64,000 nucleotides of DNA from Candidatus Latescibacterota bacterium (GCA_965200315.1 OZ241362.1:1440001-1504000); one strand, 5' to 3'; counted from the first letter of the stretch, positions 9,238 to 19,283 are shown. Made by a program: numbers and translations. Notes: generated by a model not told the origin, from the letters alone.

Positions 9238-11230
9238 GCAGGACGGGGTGGCCGTTGCCGGGGAAGAAAATCATATCGACGATAAACGAGACCCCCACGC
9301 CGAAGAAGTGCCCGAGAATCAGGCCGATAAAAAACGGCGCGGCCTTGCGGTAGAGCTCGATGCCGCCAAAGCGCATGATTAAGCTCTTGGCCGCCCAAGA
9401 CACAAAAATCGCCGGGGCTTGATTGCGCACCATCCAAATAGCAGAGATCGCCAAGCCCACCGGGTGCAGAGGCCACCACGGAAACCGATACTGCATAAAC
9501 GTCAAAACCGACATCGCCGCCGCGCCAATGCCGAAGAAGCCCAACTTTTGCGCGTGAAAATCGGCCGGGGTTTTTATTTTACTCATTGCGTCTTCAAAGG
9601 AGCGGACGCCCGCGCCAGAAGAGACGCGGAAAAACCAAGAGTTGAAATTGGAAGCCCCCTGCTCGTAGGCCATGACAATGACGTACACAATGGCGGCGAT
9701 AAAGCCGACCAAGAGGGCCAGCGCAATGGCCAAGCACAAACCGCGCCGGCTCATGCGCATGGCGTCGTGCAGCCGGGCGGCATGCGCCGCCGACGGCATA
9801 AAAATCGACTGCACGTCGCTGAAGAACCCATAGCTCATCCCCAAGGCTGCCAAGCCCGTCGGCGAAATCGCACTGGTGCCAAAGGTCATCATGGTCATGG
9901 CTTGGCTGACCACGGGCGTCGTCAGGTAAAAGACGCCGGCCTGCACCACCAAGCGGGTGATGCCCAAGTAGGCAACGAGCACACCGCCCAAGAAAAACGC
10001 CGCCACCGATATTTCCATGCCGGCCTTGTTGAGCCACGCCAGCATATAGACAACCCCGACCAACAATCCGACGACCGCGCTGCGATAGGACATCAGCTCG
10101 CGGCTGTCGTCAACCGGGTGCGCGGGATTCCACGCCTTGCGGAACACATCTTTGAGGTGGTCGCGCGCCATCCACAGCCCCCACAGCACCAGCACCACAA
10201 ACGCCCCCCAACACTGCCAAGACGTCGATGGCAAGCCCCACACGAAGTTGTCGGCTTCGGTCACGCCAACGCCGAAGCGGTTAAACAGGCCCTCTTCGAC
10301 CAGCAGCAACAAATAGAAAAACCAGATGCTGAAGGTCACGTTGAGGTTGGCGAAATACATGAAGCCAACGACCGGGAAGTAGAAGCGGATGTTGATCGTG
10401 GGAAAGCCGTGCGCGATTTGGATGGGATGGTGCCATTCGATCTTGGGAAAAAAGTGAAAAAAAAAGCCGACGATGTTCCACAAGACAATGCACAGGGGGA
10501 TCGCCGCTCCCAGCCAAAAGACCTTGTTGCGCAAGACGGCCGGCACACGCGCCGGGCCGTCGGCGTCTGCCACCAGAGCTTGCGGCACCTCCATCAGCGG
10601 ATAGGCCAGCCGCTCGCGCTCGACCCACTGCTTGCGCAAGATGACGACGAGGCAAAAACAAACCGCGTACAAGGTCCAGATAAAGCTCAGCCACCAAAAC
10701 AGCGGCATGGCCCACGCATCGAGCAGCGTGCCCCAAGGCATCGGCTCACCTATGGGCAATCCCTCGAAGAACCACGTCATGGCCAAGCCGTCGTTGCTCG
10801 GCAGCAGCCACGCTGGCAGGTAGGGCAATACGTACGTGCCCCACTGGTTTTCAGCCGAGGCAAAGTAATAGGGAGTGGTGGGAATAGACAGCACGTAGCC
10901 CATCATAAAGATGGGGATGCCGGTCGTCACCAAGCCCATTACTACAACCGTGATCATCTCGGCCGGCCGCAAGGCCCAGCCGGGGTTGATCGTCTTGAGC
11001 AGAATGTTGAGCAGGATGAGACAGCAGAACGAGAAGCCGACGGCAATCGGAAAGAACGACCACGTGATCTCGGACGACCCCAAGACCCAGATGGCATAGG
11101 GTGCTCCCAAACACACCACGAGGACTTGGATGACGCCGAGCGCCAAGGAGCGGAGCGTGAGGCCGCTGGCCGCACCTTGGCGCGTATGCTCTTGCCGATA
11201 TGTAGGGGCCGCAGTCGGCGACGTCATCAA
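9230..11230 (-). CDS. DUF6785/DUF6784 polytopic membrane protein (putative peptide/solute transporter)
   Basis: 666 aa, many TM helices; family motifs RKQWVERERLAYPL, FPWWPLHPVG, PFFIGLILG. Confidence 0.85.
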   Translation of the reverse strand: MMTSPTAAPTYRQEHTRQGAASGLTLRSLALGVIQVLVVCLGAPYAIWVLGSSEITWSFFPIAVGFSFCCLILLNILLKTINPGWALRPAEMITVVVMGLVTTGIPIFMMGYVLSIPTTPYYFASAENQWGTYVLPYLPAWLLPSNDGLAMTWFFEGLPIGEPMPWGTLLDAWAMPLFWWLSFIWTLYAVCFCLVVILRKQWVERERLAYPLMEVPQALVADADGPARVPAVLRNKVFWLGAAIPLCIVLWNIVGFFFHFFPKIEWHHPIQIAHGFPTINIRFYFPVVGFMYFANLNVTFSIWFFYLLLLVEEGLFNRFGVGVTEADNFVWGLPSTSWQCWGAFVVLVLWGLWMARDHLKDVFRKAWNPAHPVDDSRELMSYRSAVVGLLVGVVYMLAWLNKAGMEISVAAFFLGGVLVAYLGITRLVVQAGVFYLTTPVVSQAMTMMTFGTSAISPTGLAALGMSYGFFSDVQSIFMPSAAHAARLHDAMRMSRRGLCLAIALALLVGFIAAIVYVIVMAYEQGASNFNSWFFRVSSGAGVRSFEDAMSKIKTPADFHAQKLGFFGIGAAAMSVLTFMQYRFPWWPLHPVGLAISAIWMVRNQAPAIFVSWAAKSLIMRFGGIELYRKAAPFFIGLILGHFFGVGVSFIVDMIFFPGNGHPVLHG

Positions 11231-11327
11231 AAACCAGCTTCAGAGGCGATTCTAGCGGAATTAAACGCGGAAAATATGGCTCCAACGCCCAGCAGCCGCA
11301 ATCTCAACGGAGCTATAGCCACGGCAT

Positions 11328-11356
11328 GAGATGCTGAGCGCAGCAGAGTCGAAGCA
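11328..11356. repeat. REP-like element (GAGATGCTGAGCG..AGTCGAAGCA family)
   Basis: Shares GAGATGCTGAGCG and GAGTCG..GCA with 15650-15677. Confidence 0.45.
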
Positions 11357-11359
11357 CTC

Positions 11360-12970
11360 CTACCCTCCATCGTCTAGCCCGGCCGCGTGGCGGCCCGCAG
11401 CCGGATCGCCGGCCGCGTAGTACGTGCCCGCGTCGGCCCACAGCATGACCGGGGTGGCGATGGGGCCGTTGCGGGCCTCGACTTGGTGGCCGCGCCGCGC
11501 CAGTTCGTCGCGGACCTCGGCATCGACAGCCGAACTGATAGCCAGCGAGCCGGCCTCGATGAACGTCTGCTCGCGCACCGGATTGGGATCAAACGAGTCT
11601 TCGTGGTGGTCCGTGGCAAAGCGCGGCGCAACGACCGCTTCGGCTGGCCGCATCCCAAACTCCACAAAGTCGAGCAACAGATTCAAGGCCGCTTGGTCTT
11701 GCAGGTCGCCGCCGGCCACGCTAATGGCCAACACGGGCGCACCGTCTTTGAGTACCATCGTGGGCGTCAGGGTGATGCGAGGGCGCTTGCCCGGCGCGAT
11801 GCAGTTGGGGTGTCCGGGGGTTGTGTTGAGGCTGCGCAGGCGGTTGCCATAGGAGACGCCCGTGCTGCCGGTGCCGCCAGCGTGATAGACATTCGCGCTC
11901 GGCGTAGCCGATACGACCATGCCCCAGCGGTCGGCCACTACGCACGTGGTGGTGCCGCCGACGCCGGGCCGGAACGCGCCGCCCTCCTGCAGTGCCCTCC
12001 TACCGAGCGGGTCGCCGGGGCGGGCATCCAGCGAGGCTTGCCCCATGTCGATCAGGGGCCGCCGGAGCTGGGTATATTCGTCGGACAGCAAGGCGTTCAT
12101 GGGCACATCCACGAACAGGGGGTCTCCGTAGTACGCATCGCGGTCGGCCATGGCCAGCTTCATCGCTTCGGTGACCGCGTGGACGTAGTCGGCCGAGCAA
12201 TGCCCCATGCTTTTGAGATCAAACCCTTCGAGCAGGCGCAAAGCTTGGCACAGATAGGGGCCTTGGGTCCACGGGCCGCACTTGTACACTTGGTAGCCCC
12301 GGTAATCGACTGCCACCGGCTCCTCGATCAAAGTCCTATGGGCGGCCAGATCCGCACGGCGCAAGAACCCGCCCTGCTCCACGTAGAACGCCTCCAAGTC
12401 TGCGGCTATATCGCCGTGCTCGGCGCGGCGGCCATAGAAGTGATCGCAAGCCGCTTGCAGCTTCTCTTGGCGATTGCCGGTGGCGCGATGTTCCTCCTCC
12501 ACCATGCGCCGCAGCGTCCGCGCCAAGTCGGGGTGCCACGCCTCCTCTCCTTGGTCGAGCAGGGCCAAGGTCGGCGCGACAATCGCGGCAAAGCTCTGCG
12601 TGCCGTATTGCTGCAAAAGGGTAATGCACAAATCCACGACCGAGGGCACCGGGGCCATCTTGATGTCGTGGTCGGGGATGCCGTGCTCCATGTACCAAGC
12701 ACTAGCCTCCGGCGACAGCGGCGCACGCCCCTGGCCGGACAGCGACTTGACCGCGTTTCCGTCCCATATAAGCACCGGCACTTCCCCGCCGATGGAGCAG
12801 GCCCCGTGATCGGTGACGTTGAGCGCAAAAATTGCGCCGGCGGCCGCATCGGCCGCATTGCCACCCGCGCCGAGGATTTCTATACCAGCGGCTACAGCAC
12901 CAGCACCACCAGCCGCAATGACGCCGGTTTTGCTCTGGGTCTGCCAGCCGATCTGATCTGATCTACTCAT
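11360..12970 (-). CDS. ggt: Gamma-glutamyltransferase family Ntn-hydrolase
   Basis: GGNAADAAA, EAMKLAMADRDAYYGDP, catalytic Thr in GGTTTCVVAD, PGKRPRITLTP; start reassigned to ATG 12970 (AAGGAG RBS). Confidence 0.9.
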   Translation of the reverse strand: MSRSDQIGWQTQSKTGVIAAGGAGAVAAGIEILGAGGNAADAAAGAIFALNVTDHGACSIGGEVPVLIWDGNAVKSLSGQGRAPLSPEASAWYMEHGIPDHDIKMAPVPSVVDLCITLLQQYGTQSFAAIVAPTLALLDQGEEAWHPDLARTLRRMVEEEHRATGNRQEKLQAACDHFYGRRAEHGDIAADLEAFYVEQGGFLRRADLAAHRTLIEEPVAVDYRGYQVYKCGPWTQGPYLCQALRLLEGFDLKSMGHCSADYVHAVTEAMKLAMADRDAYYGDPLFVDVPMNALLSDEYTQLRRPLIDMGQASLDARPGDPLGRRALQEGGAFRPGVGGTTTCVVADRWGMVVSATPSANVYHAGGTGSTGVSYGNRLRSLNTTPGHPNCIAPGKRPRITLTPTMVLKDGAPVLAISVAGGDLQDQAALNLLLDFVEFGMRPAEAVVAPRFATDHHEDSFDPNPVREQTFIEAGSLAISSAVDAEVRDELARRGHQVEARNGPIATPVMLWADAGTYYAAGDPAAGRHAAGLDDGG

Positions 12971-13063
12971 GTGTTGCTCCTTGTCGAAAAGAAAATTTGC
13001 CGCGTTTAATATCGCTTGGTGGGGGTGGTCTGTCGAGAATATTTCGGTGGAACCATCCTCAGC

Positions 13064-13400
13064 ATGAGATTCTTGGCGGACATGGGAATCTCTCCGAGTA
13101 CCACCGCGTACCTTATTGTAGAACAGGGACACGATGCCACGCACTTAGCTGCTCAAGGGCTACATCGGTTGCCTGATCCACAAATTTTAGCCAAGGCTCG
13201 CCATGAGCAGCGCATACTTCGCACGCACGACCTAGACTTTGGGGAACTAATTACCCAGCGTCCTTATTTTTCGCCTACGCCACATGCAGCCGGCCCACGT
13301 CAACAGCTAAATCATCTCAGTCTATCACAAACAACTTGAAGATGGCTGTGTCATAAGCGTCACAGAGGGCCAAATCCGCACTCGCCAACTTCCGCTATAG
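13064..13400 (+). pseudogene. DUF5615 PIN-like toxin, disrupted
   Basis: MRFLADMGISP..GHDATH..LPDPQIL..RILRTHDLDFGEL; the C-terminus (FRLRHMQP..QLEDGCVISVTEGQIRTRQLPL) continues in another frame with an internal stop; no antitoxin adjacent. Confidence 0.7.
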
Positions 13401-13454
13401 AAGCAAAAAGCCGAGCATATTGCCCTACTCAGCGAGTCGTTGAATCAGGGCGAT

Positions 13455-13991
13455 TCACTGTATCAATCGGTCGACTTGATCTAAAATTGCATCGGGCGTC
13501 GGCCGGTCGGAAATGCTTTTCCCTACGTATCTCCATTCGATGTCGCCCTCGGGCGAAACGAGGACGGCGGCCGGCGTCGCAAGGCCGTCATGCAGCAGGT
13601 TGTAAACCCCGTAGTCCTTAGCTACCTCGGCGTTCTCGTCTGACAGAATGGCAAATTCAGCGCCGGTGAGCTCCACCATTTTCAGCGCGTCGGCCATGCC
13701 ATCCGTGCTGATCGCCGCAAGCGACACATTGCGCTTTAGAAACTCGGGATACACATCTGCCAACTCACCTAGTTGGCTCCGACAGGAACCTCAGAAGAAT
13801 CCTCTGTAAAACAGCAGTACCGCGGCCGCGCGATTGTCGAGTAAATCGGCCAAGGAAACAGAAGTCCCATCCTCCGCAGGTAAGGTGAACGCCGGCGCTC
13901 GACTGCCCGAGGAGACGGCATTGGAGTTGCAGCCGACCAAGGAGATGAGAGTCGCGATTGCCCAGGCCAGAAGCACGACCCTATGGTGCAT
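13455..13991 (-). CDS. Selenocysteine-containing AhpC/TSA (peroxiredoxin-like) lipoprotein, UxxC motif
   Basis: ATG 13991 (GGAGAG RBS), lipobox LVG-C, APAFTL..LLFYRGFF-TGA(13791-13793)-GSCRSQLGELAD..AISTD..LSD..VAKDYGV..; both track ORFs are in the same frame; SECIS-like hairpin right after the UGA. Confidence 0.88.
13759..13777 (-). promoter_or_regulatory. Putative bacterial SECIS element
   Basis: mRNA UGA-GGUUCCUGUCGGA-GCCAACU-AGGUG-AGUUGGC: perfect 7-bp stem with a G-containing loop starting 20 nt after the UGA. Confidence 0.75.
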
Positions 13992-13999
13992 TTTCTCTC

Positions 14000-14821
14000 C
14001 TACTCGGCGAGCCGCCCAAGCGGCTTGCGCGGGCCGACCAAGATCATCCGCCCCCACGTGTTGTCGTCGTCGCCATTGCCGTAGATCATAAAGTGCCCGC
14101 CGTACGCGCCGCCGTCTGGGTCGGTGTGGACGATTTCCATGCTGTATTCGTCGCCCACTTGCGGCGGCTGCCAGCGGGGGTCGCTCTGGGCAAACGTCGC
14201 GTGCATATCCACGCGAGCCTCCAAGATGAAATCGGCCGCGCTCCGGCCCCAAGGATCCATGCGCACGACGTAGTCGCAAGCGGCTTCGGGGATCGGCTCT
14301 TCAATGTAGCTCTGGCCGGGCGCACCGTGCCGCCACCAAGCGTTTTGCGGGGTGCGCTGCGGATCGGCGACAAAGCAGAAGGCGTTGTCGCCTTGGCCGA
14401 AGCGCTCGTTGGCTCGGTCGCGCGGGCCTTCCATGAACCAGCAAATCGCATCCTTGAAATACCAGCGCTTGTCCGCCGGATTGGGGTCGTCGAGGTCGTT
14501 GACATTGTCGAGCACCTCGGCCCCGAAGTAGAAGTTTTGTGCGTCCCAAGCAATGTAGTAGCGGGCACTCAAATCCTCGGCGAGCGACGGCTCGTCGCCG
14601 TGGTCGGTGAGGCGGTTGCGCGCACCGCGATCGAGGCGATAGAAGCTGGCCTCGCTGATGCGGCGCATGTCCCAGACGCCGTCGTTGTGGGCGCGGTCCT
14701 TCCACTCGGAAAGGTCGCCGTCAATGGTCGGGGCCGCTTCCAGCAAGGGAACGTTGATGTTCACGTCCGCACGTGAGACGGAGGCCGCGAGCAAAATCGC
14801 GCACATCGCAAAAGGCAGCAT
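14000..14821 (-). CDS. Secreted CBM9/DOMON-like sugar-binding protein
   Basis: Signal peptide; APTIDGDLSEW, YYIAWDAQNFYFGAEVLD, IVHTDPD; start reassigned to ATG 14821 (GAGGAG RBS). Confidence 0.72.
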   Translation of the reverse strand: MLPFAMCAILLAASVSRADVNINVPLLEAAPTIDGDLSEWKDRAHNDGVWDMRRISEASFYRLDRGARNRLTDHGDEPSLAEDLSARYYIAWDAQNFYFGAEVLDNVNDLDDPNPADKRWYFKDAICWFMEGPRDRANERFGQGDNAFCFVADPQRTPQNAWWRHGAPGQSYIEEPIPEAACDYVVRMDPWGRSAADFILEARVDMHATFAQSDPRWQPPQVGDEYSMEIVHTDPDGGAYGGHFMIYGNGDDDNTWGRMILVGPRKPLGRLAE

Positions 14822-14832
14822 ACATTTTCTCC

Positions 14833-15579
14833 TCAGCGGTAGTCTTCGGCTCGGTCCGCGGGCACAAAGCCCACCGTCTGGCGAGCGTGGTCTAGGTCGC
14901 GGTAGCCCCATTGGTTGTCCGAGTTGACGAAGAAGGTGTCGAAGGGCAAGTCGAGGGGGGCGGCAAGGCACTTTTCGATCATCTGCACTGCGTCGCGCTG
15001 GCTGCACCAGACGCAGTACTCGCGGGAATGGGTCGGGTGGTTTTCCGGGTTGACGCGGCCAAAACGCAGGCAGAGGACGGACATGCCGTGGGCCGCGGCG
15101 TACTCGCGGCCCAGCTCTTCGCCCCAGACCTTGCTGGCCGCGTACAGGCCCGTGGGCCGCAAGGGCGATTGCGCGGTCAGCATCGGCCACTCGGCGGGCA
15201 CTTGGTCGTACTCGCCGGCCAGAAGCTCCTTGTATGGCGAGAGCGCGGCATAGCCCCCCATGACCGATCCACTGCTGGCAAAGAGAACGCGCCGCACCCC
15301 GGCCTCGCGGGCCGCGGCGAAAACATTCCCGGCACCCTGCAAGTTGGCGCGGAAAATCGCTGCCATATCGTTGTCAATCTGGGCGGCGAGATGGACGACC
15401 GCGTCGATCCCGGCAAAGACCGGCCGGATGGCGTCGAGTTCGGCGATGTCGGCTTGGTGGCAGTCGATGTGCGGCAGCGGGCGGCGGTTGAGGGCGCGCA
15501 AATTATAGCGGGTGCGCAGGCTGGCGACCGCGGCCGTGCCGATCAGACCTGTGGCACCTGTGATGAGGACGTTTTGCAT
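14833..15579 (-). CDS. NAD-dependent epimerase/dehydratase (uronate dehydrogenase-like)
   Basis: VLITGATGLIG, VVHLAA, FASS, YAASK. Confidence 0.85.
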   Translation of the reverse strand: MQNVLITGATGLIGTAAVASLRTRYNLRALNRRPLPHIDCHQADIAELDAIRPVFAGIDAVVHLAAQIDNDMAAIFRANLQGAGNVFAAAREAGVRRVLFASSGSVMGGYAALSPYKELLAGEYDQVPAEWPMLTAQSPLRPTGLYAASKVWGEELGREYAAAHGMSVLCLRFGRVNPENHPTHSREYCVWCSQRDAVQMIEKCLAAPLDLPFDTFFVNSDNQWGYRDLDHARQTVGFVPADRAEDYR

Positions 15580-15649
15580 AAGCCTATTGGGGGGTGAATG
15601 TTGGCTCTCATTAGTAAGTAACTGAATGGTAAGCACGGCCCCTAGGTAT

Positions 15650-15677
15650 GAGATGCTGAGCGGAGTCGCAGCATCTC
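15650..15677. repeat. REP-like hairpin
   Basis: GAGATGCTG-AGCGGAGTCG-CAGCATCTC, perfect 9-bp stem; related copy at 11328. Confidence 0.55.
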
Positions 15678-15811
15678 TATTGCCAATGCTAGCATACTGG
15701 CAGGACGATGCGTAACATCAGTAAGTAATATGTCCAGACGTGTCCAGTGGGCGCGGCCCGTGTTGTGGGCAATTAGCGCGTGGGCTACTATACACCGCCG
15801 TGAAACACACG

Positions 15812-17080
15812 ATGGCGATATGGGGTTTTTGCGCGTGGGCGGTGCTGTTTGCTAGCGGCTGCACAGCCGACCGAGAAAGAATGCCCGGCGAGCCGGTGCC
15901 GGTTTCGCTGTGGATGTTCGGCGGAGTGGAGGAGCAGGACCGGTGGTTGCGGCAGGCCGTGGACCGATTTAATGCCTCACAGGACAACATCCGCGTCGAG
16001 TACGAGAATCGGGATTGGGCCACGCAGCGGGAAAGCCTGATTACCTCGACGATTGCCGGCGAGGGGCCGGACATCATTCGCGTACACCACAAGTACTCAG
16101 TCGAGTTTGGCGAGCTGGGCGGGCTGTACGCTCTGGAGCGGTTTGCGGATTTTCCCCAAGTCAAAGCGCGGATTCTCGACAACCTGTGGGAGCACGTCGC
16201 GTACGAAGGCCAGCACTTTGGGCTGCCCATCCAGATTTTGCCCTTTATCATGGCAGTGAACAAGGCGCTGTTGGCCGCGCACGAGGTGGAAGTGCCCCAG
16301 ACTTGGGAGGATATGCTGGCGTTGGGGCCGGTGCTCAAGGAGCGAGGGCTTTTCGCCTTCACCATGCCAGCGGGGCTGAACCAAGACACGGCCTACCGCT
16401 TTTTGCCGCTGCTCTACAAGGCGGGTGGACGGGTGTTCAACGAGGACTGGTCGCAAGCCGCTTTTAACGGCCCGGCCGGTATCTCGGCGTTGGAGTTCCT
16501 CGTGGCCATGAAGGAGCAGGGCTTTATGCCGCCGGCGTGTGCCGCCTATGCCTTTGACGAGAACGCGGCCACTTGGTGTACGGAAAAAGCGCTGCTGTCG
16601 ATTGAGGGGCCGTGGTGGCAGCACATTGTGGCCAATAACTACGACTTCCCGGTGGAGAAGTTGCAGTTGATCCGGCTGCCCGGACCGGCCCAGCCCCTCG
16701 GACCGCATCCGCCGCGTACCTTGCTGGACTTGGTCATGGTGGCGATCACCGGCTATACCCGAGCGCCGGAAGAGGCGTGGACGGTGCTCAAGGCCCTGTG
16801 GCTCGACGATCCGCAGTGGCACGTTCCCAACGCCGAGATGCTGGGCTTCCCCACTCAGAAGATCGCCTACGCCCCGGGGATCGAGTCGAATTTCATCAAC
16901 AGCGAAGTGCTGGCTGCGGCTGGCCAGAACGGTTTAGCGTGGCCGGGGCATCCGGCGGTGACGCAGATCCAGCGGCTGATGGCCGACGCGGTCAATATGG
17001 CGCTGAGCGGGACCCTGGCCCCCAAGGAGGCACTCGATCAGGCCGCAGAGGAAGTGGACGAAATTTTGGCTGACTATTGA
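15812..17080 (+). CDS. Sugar ABC transporter substrate-binding lipoprotein (CUT1)
   Basis: Lipobox ASG-C; AGEGPDIIR, YEGQHFGLP, C-terminal PKEALDQAA; start codon uncertain (15740/15800/15812). Confidence 0.85.
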   Translation: MAIWGFCAWAVLFASGCTADRERMPGEPVPVSLWMFGGVEEQDRWLRQAVDRFNASQDNIRVEYENRDWATQRESLITSTIAGEGPDIIRVHHKYSVEFGELGGLYALERFADFPQVKARILDNLWEHVAYEGQHFGLPIQILPFIMAVNKALLAAHEVEVPQTWEDMLALGPVLKERGLFAFTMPAGLNQDTAYRFLPLLYKAGGRVFNEDWSQAAFNGPAGISALEFLVAMKEQGFMPPACAAYAFDENAATWCTEKALLSIEGPWWQHIVANNYDFPVEKLQLIRLPGPAQPLGPHPPRTLLDLVMVAITGYTRAPEEAWTVLKALWLDDPQWHVPNAEMLGFPTQKIAYAPGIESNFINSEVLAAAGQNGLAWPGHPAVTQIQRLMADAVNMALSGTLAPKEALDQAAEEVDEILADY

Positions 17081-17119
17081 CTTGCCTAGCGTCATTGACT
17101 CTGTATAAGCTGCTCAGTT

Positions 17120-18388
17120 ATGTACGTAAAAAGAATGCTCATTCCGCTCTTTGTGAGCCTAGTCGCCTGCGGCGGCGACGACCGTCCGCGGCCCGGCGAG
17201 CCGACCGCGGTGGTGTTGTGGGAGTTCGGGGGCGTACCGGGCCTGCGCGCATGGGTGCAGCAGGCCGTGGCCGACTTCAACGCCGCGCGCCGCGACATCC
17301 AAATCGAGCTGGAGTTCCGCGACTGGGCGACCCAGCGCGAGAGCCTGATCAGCACCACCATCGTCGGCGATGGGCCGGATATTGTGAGGGTGCATCACAA
17401 GTACTCAGTGGAGTTCGGCGAGTTGGGGGGACTGTACGCGCTGGAGAACTTTCCCGACTTCCCCCAAGTCAAGGAGCGCATCCTCGACAATGTTTGGGAA
17501 TTGGTCGAATACGACGGCCAGCACTACGGTCTGCCGGTGACCATGCTGCCCTTCGTGCTGGCGGTCAACACCGACATTATGACGCGGATGGGCCTCGCAG
17601 TGCCCAAGACTTGGGACGAGATGCTGGCACTGGGGCCGCAATTTGCGGGCACCGGGGTCCAGCCTTTTACCATGCCTGGGGGCGTCAATCTGGACACGGC
17701 CTACCGCTTCTTGCCGCTGCTGTACAAAGCGAGCGGGCGCGTCTTTAACGAGGATTGGTCGGCCGCTGCCTTCAACGGCCCAGCCGGGCAGGCGGCACTG
17801 GAGTTTTTAGTGGAAATGAAAAACAAGGGCTATTTGCCGGCCGGCAGCGCCGCTTATCGCTTCGACGAGAACGCCGCGCACTGGTCAACCGGCAAGGCGG
17901 CGCTGTCGATTGAGGGGCCGTGGTGGCAGGATATCGTCCACGGCAACTACGGCTTTGATCTGAACAATCTGGCGCTGGCGCAGGTGCCCGGCCCGGTCGA
18001 GCCGCTGGAACCGCATCCATCGCGGACGTTGCTCGACGTAATTATGATTGCCATAACGGGCTATAGCAAAGTCCCCAACCAAGCCTGGGAAGTGGTCAAG
18101 GCGCTAAATTTGGACCATCCGGTCTGGCGCAACCCCAACCCGACCATGGGCGGCATCCCCACGCTGAAGGCGGCTTATTCCGAAGGCGTGCAATCCGATT
18201 ACATCGACCTAGACCAGCTCGCCACAGCCGGGGCCAATGGGCTGGGTTGGCCGGGGCATCCGGCCATTACCCAAATCCAGCGGCACATTGCCGACGCGGT
18301 CAATATGGCGCTGACCGGCACGCTAAGCCCCAAGGAGGCGCTGGACTTGGCCGCCGAAGAAGTAAACGAGGTGTTGCGTGATTACTAG
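17120..18388 (+). CDS. Sugar ABC transporter substrate-binding lipoprotein, paralog of the upstream gene
   Basis: Lipobox LVA-C; shares RDWATQRESLI, RVHHKYSVEFGELGGLYALE, DTAYRFLPLLYKA. Confidence 0.88.
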   Translation: MYVKRMLIPLFVSLVACGGDDRPRPGEPTAVVLWEFGGVPGLRAWVQQAVADFNAARRDIQIELEFRDWATQRESLISTTIVGDGPDIVRVHHKYSVEFGELGGLYALENFPDFPQVKERILDNVWELVEYDGQHYGLPVTMLPFVLAVNTDIMTRMGLAVPKTWDEMLALGPQFAGTGVQPFTMPGGVNLDTAYRFLPLLYKASGRVFNEDWSAAAFNGPAGQAALEFLVEMKNKGYLPAGSAAYRFDENAAHWSTGKAALSIEGPWWQDIVHGNYGFDLNNLALAQVPGPVEPLEPHPSRTLLDVIMIAITGYSKVPNQAWEVVKALNLDHPVWRNPNPTMGGIPTLKAAYSEGVQSDYIDLDQLATAGANGLGWPGHPAITQIQRHIADAVNMALTGTLSPKEALDLAAEEVNEVLRDY

Positions 18389-19283
18389 TGATGAGCGGCG
18401 CAAAAACCTGACTCCTTACTATTTCTTGCTACCGGCCCTGCTAGTCTTGGCGGTCGTCATCCTCTACCCGGTGTGCAGCAACCTGATCATGAGCTTGCAC
18501 AAGGTGAAGCTCTTCCGCGGGGCCGGCGACGAGTTCATCGGCCTGACCCATTACGCCAAGCTCTTCGGCAGCCGCACCTTTGTCAACAGCATCTGGAGCT
18601 CGGTGCGCTTTACTCTCTACTCGCTGCCGGTAGCCTTCGTCTTGGGCTTGGGGATGGCGTTGATCTTCAACGAGATTCGCAAGTATCGCCCTGTCTTTAC
18701 CGGCTTTCTGCTCATCCCCTGGGCCATCGCCCCGGTGGTGACCGGCTACATGTGGCGCTGGCTCTTCCACGACAGCTTCGGCCTCGTCAATCACACGCTC
18801 TTGAGCCTCGGCTTCATCGACGCCAATGTCCCCTATCTGGCGCAGCCGGACGCGGCCCTCGGCGCGGTGGTGGTGGCCAATGTCTGGCGCTTCATGCCCT
18901 ATATCACCATCATGCTGCTGGCCGGTTTGCAGGGCGTGTCCGCCGAGCTGTACGAGGCCGCGCACGTCGATGGAGCCAATGTGTTTGAGCGCTTCTTCCA
19001 CGTGACCCTGCCGCAGCTCAAACACGTGATCGGGGTGGTATTCCTCTTCGCCACCATCTGGATGGTCAACGACTTCGCGCTGATCTTCATTATGACCGAG
19101 GGCGGCCCGGCCAAGGCCACGCAGGTGGTGCCGATTACGGTGTATCGCATCGCCTTTGAGCACCTGCGGCTCGGCAAGGGCGCGGCCGCGGCGCTGATTC
19201 TGCTGCTCTTTTTGCTGGCCCTGAGCATCGTTTTCATCCGCGTGCTCTTCCGCGAGGAGAGGAAGGGCCGGGATGGGCAATAG
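18378..19283 (+). CDS. Sugar ABC transporter permease (MalF/UgpA-type)
   Basis: EAA loop ELYEAAHVDGAN; TEGGPA; about 6 TM. Confidence 0.9.
   Translation: MITSDERRKNLTPYYFLLPALLVLAVVILYPVCSNLIMSLHKVKLFRGAGDEFIGLTHYAKLFGSRTFVNSIWSSVRFTLYSLPVAFVLGLGMALIFNEIRKYRPVFTGFLLIPWAIAPVVTGYMWRWLFHDSFGLVNHTLLSLGFIDANVPYLAQPDAALGAVVVANVWRFMPYITIMLLAGLQGVSAELYEAAHVDGANVFERFFHVTLPQLKHVIGVVFLFATIWMVNDFALIFIMTEGGPAKATQVVPITVYRIAFEHLRLGKGAAAALILLLFLLALSIVFIRVLFREERKGRDGQ
19203..19283 (+). repeat. Left copy of an 81-bp imperfect direct repeat flanking the Rpn gene
   Basis: Ungapped alignment to 20248-20328, 61/81 identical (hand count). Confidence 0.75.

Noticed and set aside
9419-12961. Long plus-strand ORFs of 636 aa and 524 aa
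   Set aside because: Antisense shadows of the DUF6785 and GGT genes, typical of GC-rich codon bias
12971-13144. N-terminal extension of GGT in the ORF track
   Set aside because: Overlaps the opposite-strand DUF5615 remnant; better RBS at ATG 12970
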